Position numbers and translations under genes: made by a program. From NCBI GenBank assembly GCA_964452045.1, contig CAYVKM010000004.1, forward strand, positions 2,659 through 66,658: a stretch of DNA of 64,000 bases, written 5' to 3'. Shown here one piece after another: positions 48,686 to 59,495 of this stretch. The number at the start of each line of letters is the position of its first letter. Within the stretch, counting starts at the first letter, position 1. This DNA is from an uncultured Calditrichaceae bacterium. GTDB lineage: Bacteria; Calditrichota; Calditrichia; RBG-13-44-9. Below the pieces are notes generated by a model, which had not been told where the DNA came from, ran no database searches, and saw only the letters and a program-made list of their open reading frames with translations.

Positions 48686-50145
48686 TGTCTGTTAAAGCGA
48701 TGTTGGAAAAGATTCCGGTTCTGTCGGTAACTGGTGACCGTAAAATTTATTTTGATGATATCCAGTATGATTCCCGGAAAATCCAAAAGGATGCCGCCTT
48801 TATTGCCATTCGCGGTTTTAATGTCGACGGGCATCTTTTCGCCAAATCTGCTTACGATAATGGGGCGAGGGTATTTTTTGTCGAGGATGAAATCCAATTT
48901 CCCGAAGCGACTGTTGTGCAGGTTCCGGATACCCGGGCTTTACTTCCGGAAATTGCCCGGGTGTTCTTTGACTATCCGGATCAAAAAATGAAAATAGTAG
49001 GCATCACCGGTACCAATGGAAAAACCACTACTGCCTACTTGCTTTATTCGATCCTTAAACAAGCGCATTGGCATCCGGGATTAATTACCACAGTTGATTA
49101 TTTCGATGGCGAGGAATTCCGGCGTTCCGAACGCACCACCCCGGAGTCACTGGATCTGATCAGACTTTTTTCCCACATGGTGAATCATCATCTGAAAAGC
49201 GTGGTGATGGAAGTGTCCTCCCATGCCCTGAGCCTGTACCGGGTGGATGGTATTCATTTTGATGCTGGTATTTTTACAAATTTGGGACGGGATCATCTCG
49301 ATTTTCATAAGACCATGGAGGAATATTTTAAGGCAAAGTATAAACTGTTTGAAAAATTTTCGGAATTTCAGAAAGCGGTATTGAACCTGGATGATCCTTA
49401 TTCCCGCCGAATAATGAAATCCACCTCCGGCGAAGTTTTTACCTTTTCCTTCAGTGATAAATCAGCCATGGTGTATCATCTTTCTCACTATATGGATGCC
49501 AAAGGGATGCAGGTTAAAATTGCTGTCCCATCCGGTGAATTAGATATACAGACATCGCTTCTCGGAGAATATAATATTTACAATATTATGGCGGCAGTTG
49601 CTGCAGCTCTGAGTCTGGGCATCAACGAAAATTTTATTATTGATGGCATAAATCAGGTCAAAAATATTCCCGGCCGATGCGAAAGGTATAATTCTTCTAA
49701 AGGTACCAGTATCTATCTGGATTATGCCCACACTCCGGATGCTTTAAAAAGAATATTACAGGCTATCTGGAGGACTAAACCAAAAAATCTGATCGTGGTT
49801 TTTGGTGCGGGTGGTGCCCGGGATAAGGGTAAACGTCCTGAAATGGGCAAAGCTGCCGGGGAATATGCGGATATCATTATCCTGACCAACGATAATCCCA
49901 GAAATGAAGATCCCGATCAGATCATTGCTGATATACTTGCAGGCATAACTGACCGGGATAAGGTCCGGATTATTCCCGATCGCAAAGAGGCAATATTAAC
50001 CGCCCTGCAACTTGCGGGATCTAAAGACAGTGTCCTGATTGCCGGAAAAGGGCATGAGAATTATCAGGAAATCGGCGAGCGCAGAATTCCTTTTGATGAT
50101 CATAAAATTATCGAGGAGTTCTTAAAAACCTCGGGCAAGAATTAA
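48682..50145 (+). CDS. murE: UDP-N-acetylmuramoyl-L-alanyl-D-glutamate--2,6-diaminopimelate ligase
   Basis: 487 aa. Mur ligase with GITGTNGKTTT, and a DNPR motif (LTNDNPRNEDP) indicating a meso-DAP-type MurE. Confidence 0.9.
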   Translation: MMSVKAMLEKIPVLSVTGDRKIYFDDIQYDSRKIQKDAAFIAIRGFNVDGHLFAKSAYDNGARVFFVEDEIQFPEATVVQVPDTRALLPEIARVFFDYPDQKMKIVGITGTNGKTTTAYLLYSILKQAHWHPGLITTVDYFDGEEFRRSERTTPESLDLIRLFSHMVNHHLKSVVMEVSSHALSLYRVDGIHFDAGIFTNLGRDHLDFHKTMEEYFKAKYKLFEKFSEFQKAVLNLDDPYSRRIMKSTSGEVFTFSFSDKSAMVYHLSHYMDAKGMQVKIAVPSGELDIQTSLLGEYNIYNIMAAVAAALSLGINENFIIDGINQVKNIPGRCERYNSSKGTSIYLDYAHTPDALKRILQAIWRTKPKNLIVVFGAGGARDKGKRPEMGKAAGEYADIIILTNDNPRNEDPDQIIADILAGITDRDKVRIIPDRKEAILTALQLAGSKDSVLIAGKGHENYQEIGERRIPFDDHKIIEEFLKTSGKN

Positions 50146-50176
50146 AAATGAATGATAGCGGGTATTAGTTGAGTAT

Positions 50177-51565
50177 ATGGAACAGATCAATCTGAATAAG
50201 TTTATCGGTCAGTCAGAGACAGTGGTTGAGACCAGGGATATCCCGGCGGTTTTTATGGTCAAGCATTTTTCCATCGATTCCCGGACTATTGAAAAAGGAG
50301 ATGCGTTTATTGCCATAAAAGGAGAACGGGTTGACGGACATCAGTATATCAATCAGGCGCTGGAAAAAGGGGCCTCGTTGCTGGTGATCGATCAAAATTG
50401 TCCGATCGAGAATATGCAAAAGGGGATGCCTCTCCTGAAGGTTATGGATACCACCCGATTCCTGATGGAATTTTCCGGATGGTACCGCAGGCTTTTTGAC
50501 ATCCCGGTTATCGGATTGACCGGTTCTTCGGGAAAAACAACCACCAAGGAATTTCTGGCCGCTATTCTTCAATTGCGCTATCATCTAGTAAAAACCGAAG
50601 GTAACAGAAATAATTTTATCGGTGTCCCGCTTACCCTGCTTAATCTTGCCAAGGATGCCGAAATCGCGGTTATCGAGATGGGCACAAACCACCCCGGAGA
50701 AATTGCAGAACTTACCAATATTGTTCAACCTACTATTGCGACTATTACCAATATCGGAACCGGACACATAGGATTCTTTGGTTCCCGGGAAGCGATTTAT
50801 GCTGAAAAAAAGACACTCTTCGATAAACTTGAGAATGGATCAGTCATTTTTTTGAATATGGAAGATCCGTACTTACGAAACTGCCAGCGAAAGGGTATTT
50901 CTGTTAAAAGGGTGGGATTATCAGAGAATGCGGAATACTTCGCAGAATTAACCGGAGTCGATCGGTTCGGCTGTATTTTATTCAGGGTCAATCATGGCCC
51001 TGAGATCCAGCTTAAAGTACCAGGGCATCACCAGCTGATGAACGCTCTTCTCGCAGCTGCCATTTCCTTGCATTTGGGAATCTCTCCGGAGCTGGTGAAG
51101 AAAGGCCTGGAGAAGAAAATTGATTCAAACCAGCGGATGGAAATTTTCGAGGATGGTGGCATAATTTTTATCAATGATGCCTATAATTCTAATCCTCAAT
51201 CCTTAGAAGCAGCAATTGATTACCTCTCAGAATTTAGAGCTAACTCCGGTGCAAGAAAATTTTTAATTGTTGGCGATATGCTGGAACTGGGAGATCAGAG
51301 TCAGGATTTGCATAGTCAGATTGGAAAATACCTGTTAAACCACCCGGTAGATTTCGTTTACGGATACGGCCCCTATTGCCAGATTCTGATAGAAAATGCC
51401 GGAAAAAATGGCTCTCCGGTGGGAGAAGCAATTTGGTTTGGCACCCATCAGGATATAGCAGAAACACTCAGGAAGCAACTGAAACAGGGTGATGTGGTGC
51501 TGATCAAAGGTTCGCGGGGGATGACCATGGAAAAGGTGTTGAGTTATTTAGGAATAGGGAGATAA
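50177..51565 (+). CDS. murF: UDP-N-acetylmuramoyl-tripeptide--D-alanyl-D-alanine ligase
   Basis: 462 aa. GLTGSSGKTTTKE. Position after murE. Confidence 0.85.
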   Translation: MEQINLNKFIGQSETVVETRDIPAVFMVKHFSIDSRTIEKGDAFIAIKGERVDGHQYINQALEKGASLLVIDQNCPIENMQKGMPLLKVMDTTRFLMEFSGWYRRLFDIPVIGLTGSSGKTTTKEFLAAILQLRYHLVKTEGNRNNFIGVPLTLLNLAKDAEIAVIEMGTNHPGEIAELTNIVQPTIATITNIGTGHIGFFGSREAIYAEKKTLFDKLENGSVIFLNMEDPYLRNCQRKGISVKRVGLSENAEYFAELTGVDRFGCILFRVNHGPEIQLKVPGHHQLMNALLAAAISLHLGISPELVKKGLEKKIDSNQRMEIFEDGGIIFINDAYNSNPQSLEAAIDYLSEFRANSGARKFLIVGDMLELGDQSQDLHSQIGKYLLNHPVDFVYGYGPYCQILIENAGKNGSPVGEAIWFGTHQDIAETLRKQLKQGDVVLIKGSRGMTMEKVLSYLGIGR

Positions 51566-51567
51566 CT

Positions 51568-52677
51568 ATGCTTGCAGATTTTCTCTATCAATTTAAGGAC
51601 ATTTTCTTCGGATTTAATCTGTTCCGGTATATAACCGTCCGGGCTGCTCTGGCGGCGATCACCGCTCTGTTGTTCAGCCTGTTTATCGGGCCGAAAATTA
51701 TCAGGATTTTAAAAGCAAAGCAGATTGGTGAAGAGATCCGGGAAGACGGACCTTCCAGTCATCAGCAAAAGGCGGGCACACCAACCATGGGCGGAGTAAT
51801 CATTTTGGCCGGGATTGTTCTGGGTGTTCTGCTCTGGGCAAAAATTAGCAATTTTTATATTCAGTTAACCTTTATTGCAACCCTGTGGATGGGACTGGTT
51901 GGTTTTATTGATGATTATTTGAAGTCGGTCAAAAAAGTGAAAAAAGGATTGGTGGGTCGGTATAAACTGGTCGGGCAAATTATTCTGGGACTCTTCATTG
52001 GCAGCATGATCTTTTTTAATCCGGACTATGTTTCAATCGGGATCAACTCCAACACCAGCGCCCCTTTCTTTAAAAATCTGGAAATCGATTTCTGGTGGTT
52101 CTATATACCATTCGTAGTCTTTGTTATCACCGGTACCTCAAATGCGGTGAATCTCACCGATGGGTTGGATGGTCTGGCCACCGGTCTCATGGCTGTTGCC
52201 ATACTGGCATTTGCCGGCATGAGCTATGTGACCGGAAATATAAATTTTAGCGATTATCTGAATATTATCTATTTACCGGGATCAGGAGAATTAACGGTTT
52301 ATTGTTTTGCCATCGTGGGTGCGGCCATGGGATTTCTCTGGTATAACGCTTACCCGGCGGAGGTTTTTATGGGGGATACCGGAGCCCTGGCCCTTGGAAG
52401 TACCCTCGGCACCCTGGCAGTGCTTTTAAAGAAAGAGATACTTTTAGTGCTGATCGGTGGTGTATTCGTCGCCGAAGCTGTTTCGGTCATCATTCAGACC
52501 AGCTATTTTAAATACACCAAAAAGAAATATGGGAAAGGACGGCGGATTTTTAAAATGGCGCCGCTCCATCATCATTTTGAACTCAAAGGCTGGCATGAAT
52601 CCAAGGTAGTGACGCGTTTCTGGATTCTGGGGATTTTATTGACTCTGTTAAGCCTTACCACCTTTAAGGTGCGCTAA
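51568..52677 (+). CDS. mraY: Phospho-N-acetylmuramoyl-pentapeptide transferase
   Basis: 369 aa. MraY motifs GTPTMGG, NAVNLTDGLDGLA and HHHFE. Confidence 0.9.
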   Translation: MLADFLYQFKDIFFGFNLFRYITVRAALAAITALLFSLFIGPKIIRILKAKQIGEEIREDGPSSHQQKAGTPTMGGVIILAGIVLGVLLWAKISNFYIQLTFIATLWMGLVGFIDDYLKSVKKVKKGLVGRYKLVGQIILGLFIGSMIFFNPDYVSIGINSNTSAPFFKNLEIDFWWFYIPFVVFVITGTSNAVNLTDGLDGLATGLMAVAILAFAGMSYVTGNINFSDYLNIIYLPGSGELTVYCFAIVGAAMGFLWYNAYPAEVFMGDTGALALGSTLGTLAVLLKKEILLVLIGGVFVAEAVSVIIQTSYFKYTKKKYGKGRRIFKMAPLHHHFELKGWHESKVVTRFWILGILLTLLSLTTFKVR

Positions 52678-52690
52678 ACAAAGCAGAAAA

Positions 52691-54073
52691 ATGATAAGCA
52701 TAACTTCAAATCTAAAAAATAATGTGGAACAACTGGCCGGTGCCCGTGTGGCAGTATTGGGAGCCGCCCGGAGTGGTGTTGCCGTATCGGTCTTAATGGC
52801 AGAAGCTGGTGCATCCGTTTTACTTAGCGATATAAAATCGGCAGACCTTTTGGATCTACCTTATAAAAAATTATCGGAGAAGAATATAGAAGTGGTTACC
52901 GGAAAACACCCGGATAAAATACTGGGATTCGATTTAATTTGCATCAGCCCGGGAATTCCCTTAACCATCCCTGTCTTGGAAAAAGCTCAGGATAAAAATA
53001 TTCCGATTGTTGGTGAAATAGAAGTGGCCTCCTGGTTTTGCTCGAGTCCGATTATTGCCATTACCGGTTCGAATGGGAAAACTACCACCACCACGCTCAC
53101 CGGAGAGATCTTTAAGAAGAACTATCCCAATACAATTGTTGCAGGAAATATCGGAAGTCCCTTCACCGATTATGTGCTTCATTCTACCCCAAATGGCTTT
53201 GCGATCCTGGAAATAAGCAGTTTTCAGCTGGAGACCATTGTCAGCTTCCATCCCCGGACAGTGGTGTTTATGAACTTGACCCCTAATCACCTGGATCGTT
53301 ACCCAAATTTCACTGCCTATGCTGAGGCCAAACTCAACATTCTTAAAAATCTCGAGGCTGAAGATATTATTATCTACAACAAAGATGATGAATTCCTTTC
53401 AAAATCTCTGCAAAATAATAATTGTCATAAAATGGTTTTCAGTCGCCAAGCTCATGACCAGGAAGGTGCTTATTGGAAAGATGATACTGTTTTTATCAAT
53501 CTGGATAATAAATCCGAAGCGGTACCGATTTCCGAATATAAATTACTGGGTCCACACAACCAATATAATATGACTGTCGCCACGCTGCTGGGAACCATCG
53601 CTAAAATTTCTCCGGAAGTGATTGCCAGCGAAATCGCTGCTTTTCCGGGGATTGAGCATCGGCTTGAGTTTGTGCGGGAAATTCAGGGAGTAAGGTTTAT
53701 AAATGATTCGAAGGCTACCACGGTCGATTCTCTGGCATTTGCCTTACAGAGTTTCCAAGAAAAGATAATTCTGATCGCCGGGGGGAAGGACAAAGGTGGC
53801 TCATATGATAAAATCAATGATCTTCTGGCCGCTAAAGTGAAGCATGCGGTGCTTCTGGGCAATGCCGCGGAAAAAATGGAAAAAAGCTGGAAAAATGTTA
53901 TTCCCTCATCCAGAGTGAATTCCCTGGTGGAAGCGGTGAATGCGGCTTATCAGCACGCTGGCAAAGGTGACATTGTCTTGCTATCTCCGGCCTGCTCCAG
54001 TTTTGATATGTTTCGGGATTATGAAGACCGAGGAGAAAAATTTAAACAGATTGTAAAGAGTCTTAAAGCATGA
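52691..54073 (+). CDS. murD: UDP-N-acetylmuramoylalanine--D-glutamate ligase
   Basis: 460 aa. ITGSNGKTTTT. Position in cluster. Confidence 0.85.
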   Translation: MISITSNLKNNVEQLAGARVAVLGAARSGVAVSVLMAEAGASVLLSDIKSADLLDLPYKKLSEKNIEVVTGKHPDKILGFDLICISPGIPLTIPVLEKAQDKNIPIVGEIEVASWFCSSPIIAITGSNGKTTTTTLTGEIFKKNYPNTIVAGNIGSPFTDYVLHSTPNGFAILEISSFQLETIVSFHPRTVVFMNLTPNHLDRYPNFTAYAEAKLNILKNLEAEDIIIYNKDDEFLSKSLQNNNCHKMVFSRQAHDQEGAYWKDDTVFINLDNKSEAVPISEYKLLGPHNQYNMTVATLLGTIAKISPEVIASEIAAFPGIEHRLEFVREIQGVRFINDSKATTVDSLAFALQSFQEKIILIAGGKDKGGSYDKINDLLAAKVKHAVLLGNAAEKMEKSWKNVIPSSRVNSLVEAVNAAYQHAGKGDIVLLSPACSSFDMFRDYEDRGEKFKQIVKSLKA

Positions 54074-55221
54074 AAGAAAATCAAATAGATCGCTGGATTT
54101 TTTATACCGTTTTGGGATTGATGGCCTTTGGTATAATCATGGTATACAGTGCCAGTGCCTTTTATGCGGATAAATTCCGGCACGATCATCTTTATTATTT
54201 AAAGCGGCAACTGCTCTGGGTATTTCTGGGAATTATCCTGATTCTGGTGACCTATAAGTTCCCTTACGAAAAATTACAGAAAAAAACCTGGGTGCTTATT
54301 TTTTTCAGTCTGATTCTATTGATGTATCTGAATCTGAAAAGTGGAGGTCGCTGGATTCCTCTGGGATTTTTAAATATTCAGGTAAGTGATATTGCCCGGT
54401 TATCCCTCATCATTTTCCTGGCGGATTCGTTAAGCCGCAAGGAACAATTTCTGGAAAGTTTCAAAGAGGGATTCATTCCTCATCTGTTCTATATCCTGTT
54501 GTTTGCCTTCCTAATTGTGATCCAACCGGATTTCAGCTCGGCATTTATGTTAGTGCTAATCGGCCTGGTAATTTTGTTTATTTCACCGATACCGGTCCGC
54601 TATTTTGTTTATAGTTTTCTGTTAATTGCCCCGGCTGCGGCATTCCTGATAAAAATTTCGGCCTATAAATTTGATCGGATTATTGCCTTTTTACATCCCG
54701 AACAGGATGGGCTGGGCAAAGGCTATCAGATACTACAATCCCTGATAAGCCTCGGGGCAGGGGGTGTAACCGGGGTGGGATTTGCCCAGAGTAATCAAAA
54801 ATTATTCTTTTTGCCGGAAGCGCACACAGATTTTATCTATTCCATTATCGGTGAGGAATGGGGCCTGCTGGGAACGGTGTTTGTTTTAAGTCTTTTCCTT
54901 ATCCTGATGATGCGGGGACTGGCTCTTACCCGAAAGGCACCGGATAAATTTACCCGCTATCTGGCATTCGGATTAACTGCTAATCTGGTTTTTTATGCGC
55001 TGATCAATATGATGGTGGCAACCCATCTGGCCCCTCCCACCGGTCTTCCACTACCTTTTATCAGTTATGGGGGAAGTTCCATGTTGATATCCAGTATTTG
55101 CGTCGGACTGTTACTCAATATCTCAAATAATGTAAACTCAACCGTACGAACCAGTAATTATCACTTTGCCAATCGGGCGGTGGAGAATTTCAAGAACCGT
55201 AAATTACGGTATGTCAGATGA
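54070..55221 (+). CDS. ftsW: Peptidoglycan glycosyltransferase FtsW (SEDS family)
   Basis: 383 aa polytopic membrane protein with FtsW/RodA conserved regions (PEAHTDFIYS, ISYGGSS). Confidence 0.85.
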   Translation: MKENQIDRWIFYTVLGLMAFGIIMVYSASAFYADKFRHDHLYYLKRQLLWVFLGIILILVTYKFPYEKLQKKTWVLIFFSLILLMYLNLKSGGRWIPLGFLNIQVSDIARLSLIIFLADSLSRKEQFLESFKEGFIPHLFYILLFAFLIVIQPDFSSAFMLVLIGLVILFISPIPVRYFVYSFLLIAPAAAFLIKISAYKFDRIIAFLHPEQDGLGKGYQILQSLISLGAGGVTGVGFAQSNQKLFFLPEAHTDFIYSIIGEEWGLLGTVFVLSLFLILMMRGLALTRKAPDKFTRYLAFGLTANLVFYALINMMVATHLAPPTGLPLPFISYGGSSMLISSICVGLLLNISNNVNSTVRTSNYHFANRAVENFKNRKLRYVR

Positions 55222-56348
55222 GTACCTCTTTATCTAAAATAATTTTTGCCGGTGGAGGTACCGGTGGCCATGTTTATCCGGCTTTGGCGACTATCGAAGC
55301 TCTGAAAAAGACGGGAAATTTTGATATCCTTTATATCGGGGGATACCGCGGGATTGAAAAGGAAATTCTGCCGGGTCAGTCCATTGCTTTTAAGATAATC
55401 TGGATCTCCGGATTCCAGCGTTATTTCACCCTTCAGAATTTTCTGTTCTTTCTGAAATTGTTTATCAGTCTTATCCAAAGTACTATCATTCTTTTGAGAT
55501 TTAAACCGGATGTGGTGGTAGGGACCGGCGGTTATGTGAGTGGTCCAGTGCTGTATATGGCGGCAAAATTTGGTTATCCGACCCTGATCCAGGAACAGGA
55601 CAGTTATCCGGGTATCACTACCCGGTTGTTGGCCAGGCATGTGGATGTTATCTGTTTACCGTATGCCGGTGTCGACCAACATTTGAAAAAGTCAAAAGGG
55701 AAAGTTGTCATCACCGGGAATCCAGTTCGGAGTTCTTTTAATCTGGTGGATAAAGCGCAGGCTGTGCAAACCTGGCAATTTGATCCGGATCGGCCGGTTG
55801 TTTTCATTTTCGGTGGTAGCCAGGGTGCGGAAGCGGTTAATCAGGTGATAGCCCAAATTGCTGATGAGTTTATTAAAGATTACCAGATTCAGATCCTCTG
55901 GCAGACCGGCAAGAAAAATTTCGAGGCTTACCGCCAATCGGAAATTGGCCAAAACAAAAACATCTTGCTTAAAGCCTATATCGAAAAAATGGATCTGGCA
56001 TATTCGGCGGCGGATATTATCATCAGTCGGGCCGGGGCGATAACCTTGGCCGAGCTTGCTCTGGCCGGTAAACCCTGCATTCTGGTGCCCTATCCGCATG
56101 CCGCAGCCAATCATCAGGAAAAAAATGCCGTGGCCATTGAGCAGGCAGGTGCAGCGATGGTGGTCCGGGAGGGTGATGATTTTAAGGATGATATGGTAAT
56201 TGCTTTAAAGACCCTATTGGATAAACCGCAACTGCATAAACAAATGTCTGAAAGTTGGCAGAAAATACGACAACCGGAGGCGGCTCAAAAAGTGGTAACT
56301 GAAATTTTACAGCTTATGGAAGGAAATGATGAACATCCGGCTCGGTAA
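55218..56348 (+). CDS. murG: UDP-GlcNAc:lipid I N-acetylglucosaminyltransferase
   Basis: 376 aa. GGGTGGHVYPALA N-terminal motif and GGSQGA. Confidence 0.9.
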   Translation: MSTSLSKIIFAGGGTGGHVYPALATIEALKKTGNFDILYIGGYRGIEKEILPGQSIAFKIIWISGFQRYFTLQNFLFFLKLFISLIQSTIILLRFKPDVVVGTGGYVSGPVLYMAAKFGYPTLIQEQDSYPGITTRLLARHVDVICLPYAGVDQHLKKSKGKVVITGNPVRSSFNLVDKAQAVQTWQFDPDRPVVFIFGGSQGAEAVNQVIAQIADEFIKDYQIQILWQTGKKNFEAYRQSEIGQNKNILLKAYIEKMDLAYSAADIIISRAGAITLAELALAGKPCILVPYPHAAANHQEKNAVAIEQAGAAMVVREGDDFKDDMVIALKTLLDKPQLHKQMSESWQKIRQPEAAQKVVTEILQLMEGNDEHPAR

Positions 56349-57750
56349 AATCAAAAACATTCACTTTGTCGGAATTGGTGGTATTGGCATGAGCGGTATT
56401 GCGGAAGTACTCATCAATCTGGGTTACAAAGTAACCGGTTCGGATCGCAGCCTCACCGAGGTAACCGAGCATCTGGAGAAAATCGGAGCAAAAATTTATC
56501 CCGGCCACTCTCCGGAAAATGCCAAAAAAGCCGATGTGCTGGTTTATTCCTCGGCTGTCACCCCGGATAATCCGGAAGTTCAGGAAGCCATACGGCGAAA
56601 GATTCCGGTGATTAAACGGGCAGAAATGCTGGCAGAGCTGATGCGTTTGAAATTCGGGATTGCCATCGCCGGGACCCATGGTAAAACGACCACCACCTCG
56701 CTGGTAGGGGCGGTACTTACTGCAGGTGGCCTCGATCCGACGCTCATCATTGGCGGCCGGGTCAGGGCGTTGGACACCAATGCAAAATTGGGTGGTAGTG
56801 AATTTCTGGTGGCGGAAGCGGATGAATTTGACAAATCGTTCCTGAAATTAATTCCCACCATTGCCGTCATCACCAATATCGAAGCGGATCATCTGGATTC
56901 GTACGATGGCATTGAAGATCTGCATAATTCATTTATTGAGTTTGTCAACAAAGTACCGTTTTATGGGCGGGCGATTGTTTGTCTGGATAATCCCGGTGTC
57001 CAGGAAGTACTTAGCCAGATTCAGCGAAGTCTGACTAGTTTTGGTTTTAACAAACAGGCAGATTTCCAGGCCACTGGGATCAGGCAGAAAGCAGGTGAGA
57101 TCAGTTTCGAAGTGGAGTTTAAGAATGAAAAATTGGGAAGAATCACCCTCCAGATTCCCGGCGAGCACAATGTGCTGAATGCACTTGCCGCAATTGCAGT
57201 TGGGATGGAGTTGGATATTCCCTTTGAAAAAATAAAGATCGGTCTGGAGAAATTTACCGGTGTCAGGAGACGATTCGAAGTGAAAGGAGTCGTGAATGAT
57301 ATCATGATAGTGGACGATTATGCTCATCATCCGACGGAAATCTCCGCTACCTTAAATGGTGCCCGGGGTGGCTGGCCAAAGAAGAGGATAGCCGCTATAT
57401 TTCAACCACACCTTTATAGCCGCACACGTGATTTCTTCAGGGAATTTGCCCGCGCCTTTTTTCAGGCCGATCTATTAATTGTGACCGATGTTTACCCGGC
57501 CAGGGAAAAACCTATTCCCGGAATTGATGGTAAACTGATCGCCGACATGGCCATTGAACTTGGTCACCGGGATGTCCATTACGTGCCGGAAAAGACTAAA
57601 CTTACTTCTTATGTGCTTGAGTTACTTAAACCAAACGATCTGGTAATTACCATTGGTGCCGGGGATATCTGGAAGGTGAGTGATGAGCTGGTAGAAAAGC
57701 TGAAAGAAAAATATAGCGCAGCAGATTCACCGAAGTTAAAAAAGGTTTAA
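56326..57750 (+). CDS. murC: UDP-N-acetylmuramate--L-alanine ligase
   Basis: 474 aa. HFVGIGGIGMSGIAE and AIAGTHGKTTTTS. Confidence 0.9.
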   Translation: MMNIRLGKIKNIHFVGIGGIGMSGIAEVLINLGYKVTGSDRSLTEVTEHLEKIGAKIYPGHSPENAKKADVLVYSSAVTPDNPEVQEAIRRKIPVIKRAEMLAELMRLKFGIAIAGTHGKTTTTSLVGAVLTAGGLDPTLIIGGRVRALDTNAKLGGSEFLVAEADEFDKSFLKLIPTIAVITNIEADHLDSYDGIEDLHNSFIEFVNKVPFYGRAIVCLDNPGVQEVLSQIQRSLTSFGFNKQADFQATGIRQKAGEISFEVEFKNEKLGRITLQIPGEHNVLNALAAIAVGMELDIPFEKIKIGLEKFTGVRRRFEVKGVVNDIMIVDDYAHHPTEISATLNGARGGWPKKRIAAIFQPHLYSRTRDFFREFARAFFQADLLIVTDVYPAREKPIPGIDGKLIADMAIELGHRDVHYVPEKTKLTSYVLELLKPNDLVITIGAGDIWKVSDELVEKLKEKYSAADSPKLKKV

Positions 57751-57760
57751 AGTTATCAGT

Positions 57761-58714
57761 ATGGCAGAAAGTCGAATACAGGAATTTGCGATTGAATTGT
57801 GGAACAGGTTTCCGGGGCAGGTTCGAAATAATGAACTGATGCGGAACCATACCACCTACCGGGTTGGTGGACCCGCCGCGGCTTTTTGCCAGCCTGAATC
57901 AATAGAAGTGTTGGAAGAAATTGTCAAAACCTGTTACCGGGAGAAGACCCCGGTTTACCTGCTGGGGACAGGTTCAAATGTGCTGATACATGATAGTTAC
58001 CTGGATATGATCGTGATCAATCTGGAAAAATGCTGCGCTGAACTCTCGCTGGATGGAAAGAAATTATACGTTGGTGCCGGGGTGCTGGTATCAGATCTGG
58101 TCGATTTTTGTGAGCAACACGATCTTGCCGGTCTGGATTTTATGGCGGGCATACCGGGAATGGTAGGTGGTGCCTTGCGCATGAATGCCGGTGCATTTGT
58201 TGGGGAAATTGGCGACCGGGTTCTTTGGGTGGATGCCATGTCTTACCAGGGCAATACAATGAAAATAATAAAGGACGAGGCCGGATTTGGCTATCGCCAG
58301 GCGACCAATCTGCAGGATAAAATAATGCTTGGCTGTCAGCTGGAACTTTTGGATGGATCCAGGGCGGAATTGCAAAAATCAAAAGAATCCTATCTGCAGC
58401 GTCGGGCAGATAAACAACCGCTGGATTATGGTTCTTGCGGCAGTGTGTTTAAACGTCCTCCGGGAAACTACGCTGGAGCCTTAATCGAGCAAACCGGATG
58501 CAAAGGATTGCGTATTGGCGGGGCAATGGTTTCGGAAAAACATGCCAATTTTATCGTCAACTATCAGGATGCTACTGCTATGGATATTTATCATCTGATC
58601 GCTGAGGTGCAGGAAAGGGTATTCCTGAAATTTAAGGTGTGGCTGGAACTGGAAGTGAAATTGATTGGGTTTTCTCCGGAAGAGGAAGCAAAAGTGAGAA
58701 ATCCCCATGAATAG
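57761..58714 (+). CDS. murB: UDP-N-acetylenolpyruvoylglucosamine reductase
   Basis: 317 aa. FAD-binding MurB fold (TTYRVGGPA, GTGSNVL). Confidence 0.85.
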   Translation: MAESRIQEFAIELWNRFPGQVRNNELMRNHTTYRVGGPAAAFCQPESIEVLEEIVKTCYREKTPVYLLGTGSNVLIHDSYLDMIVINLEKCCAELSLDGKKLYVGAGVLVSDLVDFCEQHDLAGLDFMAGIPGMVGGALRMNAGAFVGEIGDRVLWVDAMSYQGNTMKIIKDEAGFGYRQATNLQDKIMLGCQLELLDGSRAELQKSKESYLQRRADKQPLDYGSCGSVFKRPPGNYAGALIEQTGCKGLRIGGAMVSEKHANFIVNYQDATAMDIYHLIAEVQERVFLKFKVWLELEVKLIGFSPEEEAKVRNPHE

Positions 58715-59486
58715 ACAATACAAACTGGTCCCCCGGACAAAGCCGGAAAAAGCACCTTTCCCTTCGCTCGCCTCTGTTTTGGCGCTGGTTGTGATTGTGA
58801 TGTGTGCCTATGGTTTTTTCCGTTTCACCAAGTATATGATTACCGATAGTCAGATGTTCCTATTGAAAGAAATCAAGGTTGAGAATAACTACTATTTGGG
58901 CGAACAGGATATTATCCGGTTGGCCGGCATAAAGACGGGAGTCAAATTATTTCAGGTTTCCAGGGAGGTCGTTATCAAGAAAATTCTTGAGAATCCTTAT
59001 TTGGAAGGGGTGAGTATCGGGCGGTCGATTCCTTCGACGCTAATCATTTCAGTGCAGGAGAGACAACCGGTCGCCTATCTGGTGGATCAGAAAATTTATA
59101 TGGTGGATCCGGAGGGTATAATATTGCTTCAGAAAGAAGGGATGCAATTGCAGAATCTTCCCTTGATTACCGGTTTTACTGTAAATGAACTGTTAAAAGA
59201 CCGGAGTCCCTTGTTCAAAGCGTTGAAACTGATTGAATTCATCACCGAAGTAAATCCGGGTATTTTTCAATTTATCTCCGAGATTCATTTGTCCAAAAAT
59301 GAACCGGCCGAACTCTTTCTGATCCGGGGAAGTGCCAGGGTTGAACTGGGTGAATCCCAGATATATGAGAGGCTTTATTTACTGGGAGAGTTGATAAAAC
59401 GGGCCGAGGTCCTGAATGAACTAAAAGATATAAAGCGAATAGATTTAACCTATAATAATAAAGTTTTTATCACGCGAAAAAATTAG
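58707..59486 (+). CDS. ftsQ: Cell division protein FtsQ (POTRA domain)
   Basis: 259 aa. Single N-terminal TM helix followed by a POTRA-like region. Sits between murB and ftsA. Confidence 0.7.
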   Translation: MNRQYKLVPRTKPEKAPFPSLASVLALVVIVMCAYGFFRFTKYMITDSQMFLLKEIKVENNYYLGEQDIIRLAGIKTGVKLFQVSREVVIKKILENPYLEGVSIGRSIPSTLIISVQERQPVAYLVDQKIYMVDPEGIILLQKEGMQLQNLPLITGFTVNELLKDRSPLFKALKLIEFITEVNPGIFQFISEIHLSKNEPAELFLIRGSARVELGESQIYERLYLLGELIKRAEVLNELKDIKRIDLTYNNKVFITRKN

Positions 59487-59495
59487 GATGTCAAA